64,000 bases of DNA from Macrostomum lignano (lineage: Eukaryota), in NCBI GenBank assembly GCA_002269645.1, contig NIVC01000037.1, forward strand, positions 372,001 through 436,000, in the 5' to 3' direction. Below, in pieces: positions 22,901 to 30,400 of the stretch. A program made the translations under genes and the position numbers. Numbering within the stretch: the stretch's first letter is position 1; each line of letters opens with the position of its first letter. The notes below the pieces were generated by a model. It was given only the letters and a program-made list of their open reading frames with translations, was not told the origin of the DNA and did no database searches.

Positions 22901-24209
22901 CAGGTGATGCCACTCATTATCACCTGGTCGTGGACGCTGAGCGATTTAGAGACGTTTCCTGGAAAAACTGCAGCTCACTGTTTGCGTACTTCACAGTTGG
23001 TGAGTGGTTTTTTGCAGCTCGCTTTGTATCAAACCTGTTGCCATGGTAACTACATGTACGATCGTAACACAAGACTAATCCCAGTGAAACTTGAACCAAA
23101 GTCAATTAACGCTCATAGCTCTTGGGTTAGCCAGTCGACACCTCGAAAGTTAGGCCTTTTAAAATTTTAAATTCTACAAGTATTTCATTATCGATGAAAA
23201 AACTTTTCTGTAGATCAGTAGCTTCTGCCAAGATCTGGCATAAGTTCACTGGCGCACACCTGCTTAACTTCCTTCAAAGGTGCCTGGAATTCGCCTCTGC
23301 TTGACCCGCCGTCCGGTGCACGGATTTGCTCGACCGCGGTGTCTCTGAAGGCTAAACTGCTGGCCGTCGGACTGAGCAACGGTCGAATTCTGCTGTACAG
23401 ATTTCCCTGCGTCATGCCCGCAGTGAGTGCCTCCTGTAGGCAAGGCCTTAAAACACGTGACCACAACTAAAGCTCTGTAGAGAAGGACTGCAATCACGTG
23501 ACCACAACTAAAGCTCTGTAGAGAAGGACTGCAGTCACGTGACCACAACTAAAGCTCTGTAGAGAGGGACTGCAGTCACGTGACCGAAATTAACGCTCGG
23601 TAGAGAGGGACAGCAGTCACATGACCACAGCTCCGGCTCTGTAGACAAGTCACATGACCACAGCTCCAACTCTGTAGACAGGGCACATGACCACAGCTCC
23701 AGCTCTGTAGACAGGGCACATGACCACAGCTCCAGCTCTGTAGACAAGTCACATGACCACAGCTCCAACTCTGTAGACAAGTCACATGACCACAGCTCCA
23801 GCTCTGTAGACAGGGCACATGACCACAGCTCCAGCTCTGTAGACAGGGCACATGACCACAGCTCCATCTCTGTAGACAAGTCACATGACCACAGCTCCAG
23901 CTCTGTAGACAAGTCACATGACCACAGCTCCAGCTCTGTAGACAGGGCACATGACCACAGCTCCAGCTCTGTAGACAAGTCACATGACCACAGGTCCAAC
24001 TCTGTAGACAGGGCACATGACCACAGCTCTAACTCTGTAGACAGGGCACATGACAGACTGCCCTCACTCCCCTACACAACCCTCAGGCGGAATGCCGGCA
24101 GATCGCCGCTCCGATTCGCCCGGTCCAGCTTCGATTTACTCGCGACGGCGCCCACCTGATCGGCATTGGCGGCAGCGACGCGTCGGTGGTGCAGTGGCGA
24201 CTCGCCTAG
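7286..24209 (+). CDS. EML: EML (EMAP-like) HELP/WD40 protein with N-terminal C1orf87-like EF-hand-type module; join(7286..7783,8171..8462,8717..9303,9779..9876,15560..15737,16174..16263,17052..17190,17925..18240,18598..18747,18821..18995,19761..20156,20494..20735,21734..21914,22236..22398,22599..22829,22904..22999,23280..23422,24087..24209), 4098 nt, 1365 aa
   Basis: Splicing restores the HELP motif LQLEWV|YGYRGNDCRNN, followed by ALHPDGVTVATGQ, WD repeats (LVSGDSSGNVCVW, GPVFAL...LLTGGRDG, LLYRFPC) and the typical EML end LIGIGGSDASVVQW. All 17 introns are GT-AG and phase-consistent, and the total length is divisible by 3. The EML half is high confidence. Exon 16174-16263, the donor at 7784 and the true start are less certain; the frame is open from an AG ending at 7237. 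Confidence 0.85.
7810..8030 (+). mobile_element. tRNA-derived SINE-like element, copy 1
   Basis: A-box-like TAGCGGCCAGCG (7815), B-box-like GGTTTGATTC (7854), shared core GTGCACGAAAATTGG and 3' block CCTGTGTGAGCGTGTG..GAGTGCGTGCCTGCGTAC. Confidence 0.6.
8483..8702 (+). mobile_element. tRNA-derived SINE-like element, copy 2
   Basis: AGCTCAGCGG (8487) and GGTTCGATTCC (8516) resemble Pol III A and B boxes. It has the same core and 3' block as copy 1. Confidence 0.65.
9400..9580. repeat. Degenerate ~11-bp repeat (GGATTTGGATG/GGATCTAGATG)
   Basis: Visible intronic tandem repeat. Confidence 0.85.
10155..10489. repeat. ~31-bp minisatellite (CTGACCCACTTTTGTCTGACCCAATCCACCT), left part, interrupted by the LTR element
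   Basis: The same array resumes at 15016. Confidence 0.93.
10490..10628 (-). repeat. 3' LTR (139 bp)
   Basis: TGTTATG...CTGCGACA, matching 14874-15015. Confidence 0.95.
10629..10640 (-). other. Polypurine tract GGAAAAAAGGGA
   Basis: Purine run abutting the 3' LTR on the minus strand. Confidence 0.85.
10719..13904 (-). CDS. pol: Pol polyprotein (protease, RT, RNase H, integrase)
   Basis: Motifs: FKIDTGA protease; RLCLDP...FSTFDATAGFHQ...RLPFGL...YIDD RT; VDASKDGLG...ESDHKPL RNase H; HESHQG...CEKC zinc finger; D..DNG..E integrase core. The ORF is uninterrupted over 1061 aa. Confidence 0.97.
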   Translation of the reverse strand: MLAVTRWLEIMQNKTARTNSKTIASVLVEDRQLISFKIDTGADVNIMSAKRLRQITKKEYREDRSTQLVEYNKQRLTVLGQIQLLLRHQNEEIQAKFFVIAEDNMPLLETNTAESLGLIRILHAVQQDVPVSEEPLTKEVILKEYADVFEGLGCLPGTHHIVLQTNAVPRVQGPRKVPFAELKALRDELHRLSEQGMISQCSHPTEWVSNVVVVWKPDSSVRLCLDPQSLNEFIIRDRYPIPSYNEIISKMTSAKFFSTFDATAGFHQVALDHESSLLTAFHTPFGVYRWNRLPFGLKDAPQAYQRKIREEITSHVANSANYIDDIIVWGRTRKEHDDSVRQLLQQRKDKNLKLNKTKAKIGQRELKFLGHILTSEGVKIDPEKIRSIKDMPHPHSYSQISEKAAQLQRFIGSANFLSKFIPNFSALASPLRQLLKKDVAWNWGKRQEEAYEAIKESLCKAPLLGQFNPDQSVILSVDASKDGLGAALMQDGHVIEYASSSMTPAQKKYAQIEKEFLAIVFGCRRFRQYLWGRHVQVESDHKPLQFIMKKPLSELSARLQRLALKIQEFDLNVTYVPGKELYLADTLSRAYLKSVHSSNDIDDDIQCQILGVARVCLPDNLLKDIQHHTNADDLCHKLKDQIREGWPDAKSQIAKELKPFWNIRHELMENDRLIYKSSKIFIPDAMRRQMLQILHESHQGVEKTLMKATESVFWPRMRHDIEQYISSCEKCQSYQALHQKESMKMVEIPEYPFQECGTDIFYWKGETHIVLVDRLGRWICTDKITTTSAECVIKQLSQYFATYGTPEVIRCDNGPPFGSNRFKEFADQKGIRIRTSSPKYPQSNGLSERAVQTVKGFLNKAEDINCALLHYRNTPIERGLPTPAELVMGRKLRYQMPLPIEQLKPRQVWTKRELEILAENSKQAFYYNRTARDLRPFKEGDQVWMQEDRRQWIPAEIVKPDVTDPDRSYKVRTATGREFRRNRRFLAKRNTDCRMQTIPEYSRIQLPNHDSNNGTIQTYSSDAHASDTVHNSQLDSGKSGGTKYITRYGREVKPTQFYKAT
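13864..14814 (-). CDS. gag: Gag (316 aa) with tandem zinc knuckles
   Basis: W.KW...F..FL N-terminus, LRDQIVYG motif, and CRYCGKQH...CPAFGKMCSNCGRKNHFKAMC double knuckle typical of Mag-clade elements. Confidence 0.93.
   Translation of the reverse strand: MADSGSLKPPAPFSFDENKAEKWRKWINGFKLFLTATKREKEADEVKTAILLTALGEQGRDIYDTLDLTEGNSFDQIVAAFEKFCKPLDCETFERYKFGMRTQQQFEEFDHYLGELRTLIKQCNFAKPMASETIENAILRDQIVYGVHNPSVRERLLEQDKLTLEKAIALCRACEASKVQAQKMIGKAYENPRPSVDTVKKMAPTAKHQRNRVRNSSQGSRKDSHQGRTSCRYCGKQHTFGSKHCPAFGKMCSNCGRKNHFKAMCQQKFRNNPTRHVRLVDEHDDENDEDTGGSLTKSWAVSSVASCDQMAGNNAK
14864..14873 (-). other. Primer binding site TGGTGTCAGA (consistent with the tRNA-Leu 3' end)
   Basis: Immediately internal to the 5' LTR and begins with TGG. 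The 10-nt match is to my recollection of the tRNA-Leu acceptor end. Confidence 0.7.
14874..15015 (-). repeat. 5' LTR (142 bp)
   Basis: Identical to 10490-10628 except for +T and +TA indels. Confidence 0.95.
15016..15345. repeat. ~31-bp minisatellite, right part
   Basis: Continuation of the 10155-10489 array. Confidence 0.93.
16635..16918. repeat. (CT)n/(CTCG) microsatellite
   Basis: Visible. Confidence 0.95.
17215..17838. repeat. G-rich minisatellite (GGGTGGGTGCAGGGTGGGGTAGGTGCA variants)
   Basis: Visible; dense GGG/GGGG runs. Confidence 0.95.
18225..18572. repeat. 32-bp x 11 minisatellite containing the exon end and splice donor
   Basis: Unit TGCAGCTGGAGTGGGTGTGAGTGAGGGTGGGC at 18225, 18257 ... 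18545. Confidence 0.97.
19270..19750. repeat. 36-bp telomere-like minisatellite (CCCTAA CCCTAG ACATTA CCCTAG CCATAA CCATAG)
   Basis: The unit parses into six CCCTAA-like hexamers. Confidence 0.9.
20285..20362 (-). mobile_element. 3' fragment of the SINE-like family
   Basis: The reverse complement reads ATTAGAAAATCAAGGCCGCTGTGTACACCCTGTGTGAGCGTGTGTATGAGTGCTGTGCCTGCGTACAG. Confidence 0.65.
20904..21696. repeat. 48-bp minisatellite (AACTTGATCGGCTTTATTGTCTATGGCCGAGAGCAGTCGGAGATTCTT and variants)
   Basis: About 16 tandem copies inside intron 20736-21733. Confidence 0.96.
21925..22142. repeat. 12-bp repeat GATGATGGGGCT
   Basis: Visible intronic tandem repeat. Confidence 0.9.
23452..24050. repeat. 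Minisatellite, ~40-bp then 33-bp units (CACATGACCACAGCTCCAGCTCTGTAGACAGGG)
   Basis: Fills the last EML intron. Confidence 0.95.
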
Positions 24210-24949
24210 CAGAGCGATGGAGCGACGGTTGTCAAGGGAGATGTTGCTGACGAAAAACAATTGTCGTACCTTTATAGACCTTGATAAATACTTTGTCTGT
24301 TGTATCAGATATATTTTGCACTAGAAATTTCAACAACTGTTTCTTTTAAAAAGCACATTACTTATGCCGCTGGCCTCTGTAAACAGTCACGATTCACCTG
24401 ATTTTTTAAATATTAAATATAAAGCTTAAAAAATACTGAAGCAAAAAAGTGCCACTAAAAGTGGAGAAGTTTGAGAATACTATATATTATTGTATTTGTG
24501 CAGGAATAATATGTTATATATACGTACACTGACAATAAAAGTACAAAACTTGTACTTTTAAGAACTTTGAACTATGAAAAAGCAGAAAAGCTGTAACTTG
24601 AGGACACAAATCAAAAAGTTAGACTTGTTGAGTATAAACTACTGCCAGTAGTCTCTCCATGACACTCTGGGCAGTTATTCACCGAAAAAATGTAATTACA
24701 CTTCAATAAGATTGAGCAATAATTTAAATTTCTTTGCCTAAATACTTTAGAAATGTTTAGATTTATTTTGAGATCGATCTGATGCTAACCTGTGGATACT
24801 TGTGTGTGAGCTCGATTGCTTTGTAGAAGTTATTATTTAATTTTTAAGGACTAAGGAAAAGGCAGAGTTGATGCTAAGTGAAAGCGCAGTATTGATTTCT
24901 AAACTATGCCCGAAGCCTGAAGTTTTTTTTCCTGTGACGTAATTTTTTC

Positions 24950-25070
24950 GGCTGTTGTTGTTGTTTTTATTATTGTTGCTGTTTTTGTTGTCGTTGTTAT
25001 TATTGTGACTTTTGTTGTTGCTGTTATTGTACTTGTTGCACTTGTTGTTGCTGCTGCTGTGATTGTTGTT
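24950..25070. repeat. Compound (GTT/ATT/GCT)n array, homologous to 26548-26820
   Basis: Shares ATTATTGTGA.TTTTGTTGTTGCTGTTATTGTAC..GTTG...GCTGCTGCTGTGATTGTTG with the 26.5-kb array. Confidence 0.85.
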
Positions 25071-25460
25071 GTTGTTATTGTTATTGTTGTTATTGTTGTT
25101 GTTATTGTTATTCTGATTGTTGTTGTTGTTTTGTGATTTTTGCTGTTATTGTTGTTATTATTATTATTATTGTTGTTGCTGTTGTTGTTGTTGTTAGTGC
25201 TGAGACGTTTTCCACCTGGACCGGTACCAGCCCCAGTACGCCAGGGCTGCATCCGGGTCTTCATTAAGCCAGCTCAACTCGGACGCTTCGTACTGCCGGC
25301 GCATTCCCTCCGTGGCCGGGCAGGAGCAGATCACGTGCTCGACCGTCTCGGCCTCCTCGCCGCAGGTGTCTTTATCGATCTTCCTGATCCTATGGCGATA
25401 AGTCTCCAGCTCCAGCGAGTGTCCGGTGCGGAGCCTCCGGAAGCTGACACCTTCCGCCCG
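25071..25460 (-). mobile_element. 5'-truncated non-LTR retrotransposon (I/Nimb/Ingi-like ORF2 3' end) with (CAA/TAA)n tail
   Basis: The minus strand translates as FRRLRTGHSLELETYRHRI...TCGEEAETVEHVICSCP...KTSQH*, an RLRTGH + CCHC-type C-terminus. The stop runs directly into CAACAACAA. A 22-bp TSD TGCTGCTGCTGTGATTGTTGTT lies at 25049-25070 and 25461-25482. Confidence 0.8.
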
Positions 25461-26547
25461 TGCTGCTGCTGTGATTGTTGTTATTATTATTGTTGTTGTT
25501 ATTATTATTATTGAAGTACTTAGGATGTTTCGGGTTGCCTGTTAGGTCTTTGAATCCCACAGCTGCCACCAATGTTGTACTTATGCTTCTCCTGTCTAGC
25601 ACAGTGATTTGGGCTCTCCGTCTTCTCAACCGGAAGCCTTCTATTAGCTCTTAGTAGCGTAGGTAGTGCTGCCACCAGTTCCTTCAGGTCTCGGCCTTCG
25701 GTGAGGTGAGCTTCCCGTCGGAACGAAATAAACAAGTCAACGAACTCAGCACAGCGTGCAGATTTGCAGATTAATGAACAAGGCGTCCTGGTCAGCAGAT
25801 CCCGCCGGGCTCAGGGGGTGGCTGGGAAGGCAGTGTTAGCCTCCCTTAGGCTTTGGCGTCTAAGTTTAGTCAGGCCAATTACAGATAGCTTAAATGGGCA
25901 ACTAAACGAAGCCTGGAAAACTAGACTAAAGAAGAACAACACGAAGAAGACGAAGCCAATAAGAATACGAAGAATCTTTGACCGAACCAAGGGTGAGGGG
26001 CACGTATTTATAGGCAGGAAATCCCCGCTGCACCAGTGTGCGCCGGACCTCGTGACTCTGTTCTATTTTTAGAACTGACCTCACTCTCTGCCTTAGAGAA
26101 GGCAGGGTCTGCGGGTAAAGTGCACAGGGCCGCATGACTCAGTATCTATTTTTAGAAACATGAGTCACCTATTACCATAGAGAAGGCAAGGGCCCCGAAG
26201 CACGTGATTCCTCCCGTAAACACGGGCCAACGAGTGCAGTAAACATGTTTACTTTACTTTAGGACTTCGAGAAAACAAGACTTGTCAGGTGACTTGCTCA
26301 CATGACAAGGGAAACAGGCCGCCAGCGTGACCTCAGGACAGGAACGAACCGCAGAGCAGGCCACAGCAGAGAAGCTCGTGGCTGCAAGCAAGAGCGCAGA
26401 GAAGAGGGGGGCGACAGAGAACAGGCAGCAGAAGGAGAGGGAGGCTGCCCAGCGGCAGACAGCAACCCAGGGCGAGGGCGAGGGCAAAGGAAGCTGCTGA
26501 CAATAGTGCGACACTTAACACCAAACTAGTGGATCACTACATTATTG

Positions 26548-26820
26548 TGATTTTTGTTGTTGCTGTTATTGTACCTGTTGTAATTGTTGTTTTTGCTGCT
26601 GCTGTGATTGTTGTTGTTGTTATTGTTGTGATTATTATTGTTGTTGTTGTTATTATTGTTGTTGCTGCAGCTGTGATTGTTGTTGTTATTGCTGTTGTTG
26701 TTATTATTATTATTGTTGTCGTTGTTGTTGTTATTGTTGTTGTTGTTGTTATTGTTGTTGTTGTTGTTATTGTTTTTGTGATTGTTATTGTTGATTTTTG
26801 TTTGTTTTGTTTGCTGTTCC
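26548..26820. repeat. Compound (GTT/ATT)n array
   Basis: Visible. Confidence 0.92.
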
Positions 26821-27425
26821 AGCAGCTGTTGTGAAAACTTTGATCACATTTATATATCAAAGAATTAGATCGGCCTCAGAGGAACAAACACTACTTGCCC
26901 AAGATTTAATTTCTTCCAAGAAACGGAAGTGTCCCGTTCATCTACCAGACTCGTCTTTTTATCAATATTAGTCCTTGGGTCAGACAGAATCAGACAATTA
27001 GACATGTCAGTCAGCTTAGTTGCGTAAATCCGCTTTGCAGAATTAAATTGATTATTCCTAAGTGATCTTCTCAGGTTTATCCATAGCAAACAAGCTTTCA
27101 GTCCTCGGGGGCCTCAAATCTCCTAAGAAACGTGTCCTAAAGTGGCAGTTGCTAATTGCATTTCTGTTGCTAATGTAGAGCCTCATCGAAATTTTGTTAG
27201 CAGCTACGAGTATAAGCTGTACTTTTTAGGGTGAAAAAGTTTTTTTCTATCAGTCTGGGAAATCTGTGATTGCGAGTTTTGCCTTCTGCCCTCGTATCCG
27301 CTTTTCGCGGTGCCAACGGGCGCACTGCACTGTAGGTGACTTTTTGCGTCACTTTCGTTGCTCGTGTGCTGGCAGTTCCCACACCAATGACCACAACGAT
27401 CAGTTTGCCAAAAAGGTGTCCCGAG

Positions 27426-30400
27426 TCACGCCGGCCGGCCCTTGTACAGCATGTAGGTGAGCCAGTAGACCAGGTTGAACAGCATGAAGCACACCGGATA
27501 GGCGAACACGCACATGTTGTCCACTCGCTCTGCTTCGAAAGAGCCGCCGCCGCTGCCACCGCCGCTTCCGCCGCCTCCATCAGCGTTGCCGTCATCTCTG
27601 TCTCCGCGAAAGCGCCGCAGCGGGCGGCGAATCTGATCGCCGCTGCACCCGTCGCCGCCAGCTGCGTCGCCACCGCCGCCGACGTGGTTGTCTCCAGCCG
27701 GCTGGTGCTTCTTTGACGCGGTCTGCTGCCGCCTGCTGCCCAGCAGGTTGCCGCCCAGTCGGGTCATCTCCCTGCGCATCAGGCCACGCAGCTCGTCCCG
27801 TAGCTGCTGCTGCTCCTGCCGTCTGGCCAGCATGTTCACCAGCGCGAACTCCAGCAGGGAGGCCACCACGAAGGCCAGACAGGCGAACAGCCACACGTCG
27901 ATGGCTTTGATGTAGGAGACTCTGGGCAGCTTCTGTTAGTAGCAGAGAAGACATGGTGAAGGCGTGTTATGAAAGCGCAAAATCATAATTCCAGAAGCTA
28001 TTCCGGAGAGGTATTGCAGAGAGCTGCAGTAACCTAAGCCTGTGATTGAAACAATGTAACCAGCAACAGCCCCGTTTAGCACTAGCAGGGCGTGCATAAT
28101 TGCGGATCCCGCTCTAATTTAGTTACCGAGTTTTGCCCCAGGCATGCATTAATGCAGACTGATTTGATGAGCAGATTAAGGTAGAGTTGAAGTCAAGAAC
28201 TTTTATGATTCAAATGGGATTAGAAGGCAAGTACATTTTGCATAGAAGTAGTCTTTTTTCTCCTTTCTTCACACTCCCAGTGCTGGTGAGACCAGTTCCA
28301 CACTGTCAGAGGAGAACACACAACTCCCAGTGCTGGTGAGACCAGTTCCACACTGTCAGAGGAGAACACACAACTCCCAGTGCTGGTGAGACCAGTTCCA
28401 CACTGTCAGAGGAGAACACAACTCCCAGTGCTGGTGAGACCAGTTCCACACTGTCAGAGGAGAACACACAACTCCCAGTGCTGGTGAGACCAGTTCCACA
28501 CTGTCAGAGGAGAACACAACTCCCAGTGCTGGTGAGACCAGTTCCACACTGTCAGAGGAGAACACAACTCCCAGTGCTGGTGAGACCAGTTCCACACTGT
28601 CAGAGGAGAACACAACTCCCAGTGCTGGTGAGACCAGTTCCACGCTGTCAGAGGAGAACACACAACTCCCAGTGCTGGTGAGACCAGTTCCACACTGTCA
28701 GAGGAGAACACAACTCCCAGTGCTGGTGAGACCAGTTCCACACTGTCAGAGGAGAACACAACTCCCAGTGCTGGTGAGACCAGTTCCACACTGTCAGAGG
28801 AGAACACAACTCCCAGTGCTGGTGAGACCAGTTCCACACTGTCAGAGGAGAACACACAACTCCCAGTGCTGGTGAGACCAGTTCCACACTGTCAGAGGAG
28901 AACACAACTCCCAGTGCTGGTGAGACCAGTTCCACGCTGTCAGAGGGGAACACACATCTCCCAGTGCTGGTGAGACCAGTTCCACACTGTCAGAGGAGAA
29001 CACACAACTCCCAGTGCTGGTGAGACCAGTTCCACACTGTCAGAGGAGAACACACAACTCCCAGTGCTGGTGAGACCAGTTCCACACTGTCAGAGGAGAA
29101 CACACAACTCCCAGTGCTGGTGAGACCAGTTCCACACTGTCAGAGGAGAACACACGACTCCCAGTGCTGGTGAGACCAGTTCCACACTGTCAGAGGAGAA
29201 CACACAACTCCCAGTGCTGGTGAGACCAGTTCCACGCTGTCAGAGGAGAACACACAACTCCCAGTGCTGGTGAGACCAGTTCCACACTGTCAGAGGAGAA
29301 CACACGACTCCCAGTGCTGGTGAGACCAGTTCCACACTGTCAGAGGAGAACACACAACTCCCAGTGCTGGTGAGACCAGTTCCACGCTGTCAGAGGAGAA
29401 CACACAACTCCCAGTGCTGGTGAGACCAGTTCCACACTGTCAGAGGAGAACACAACTCCCAGTGCTGGTGAGACCAGTTCCACGCTGTCAGAGGGGAACA
29501 CACATCTCCCAGTGCTGGTGAGACCAGTTCCACACTGTCAGAGGAGAACACACAACTCCCAGTGCTGGTGAGACCAGTTCCACACTGTCAGAGGAGAACA
29601 CACAACTCCTAGTGCTGGTGAGACCAGTTCCACACTGTCAGAGGAGAACACACAACTCCCAGTGCTGGTGAGACCAGTTCCACACTGTCAGAGGAGAACA
29701 CACGACTCCCAGTGCTGGTGAGACCAGTTCCACACTGTCAGAGGAGAACACACAACTCCCAGTGCTGGTGAGACCAGTTCCACACTGTCAGAGGAGAACA
29801 TACAACTCCCAGTGCTGGTGAGACCAGTTCCACACTGTCAGAGGAGAACACACAACTCCCAGTGCTGGTGAGACCAGTTCCACACTGTCAGAGGAGAACA
29901 CACAACTCCCAGTGCTGGTGAGACCAGTTCCACACTGTCAGAGGAGAACACACAACTCCCAGTGCTGGTGAGACCAGTTCCACACTGTCAGAGGAGAACA
30001 CACAACTCCCAGTGCTGGTGAGACCAGTTCCACACTGTCAGAGGAGAACACACAACTCCCAGTGCTGGTGAGACCAGTTCCACACTGTCAGAGGAGAACA
30101 CACAACTCCCAGTGCTGGTGAGACCAGTTCTACACTGTCAGAGGAGAACACACAACTCCCAGTGCTGGTGAGACCAGTTCCACACTGTCAGAGGAGAACA
30201 CACGACTCCCAGTGCTGGTGAGACCCGTCACTCAGTGCTGAGGCTGCTTCAAGCACAGAGCTGCGGTCGTCTTTTAAATCACTCTAGGCAGCTCAGCATC
30301 TCAACAATGCGGATCATTTTCTAGACAGCCAGGACACCGTTCACCCCACAGGCAATTCAAGTGCCTACATCTGAGTAGTTCGCAATCTCAATACAAATGA

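Noticed and set aside
24899-25264. Poly-Asn/Thr ORF
   Set aside because: An alternative frame of the LINE 3' end running into its (CAA)n tail.
26254-26529. Short GC-rich ORFs on both strands
   Set aside because: No recognisable motif or consistent splice sites; probably part of a repeat-derived segment.
28271-30225. CRISPR-like regular array
   Set aside because: Units are contiguous with no unique spacers, no cas genes are present, and the context is a eukaryotic intron.
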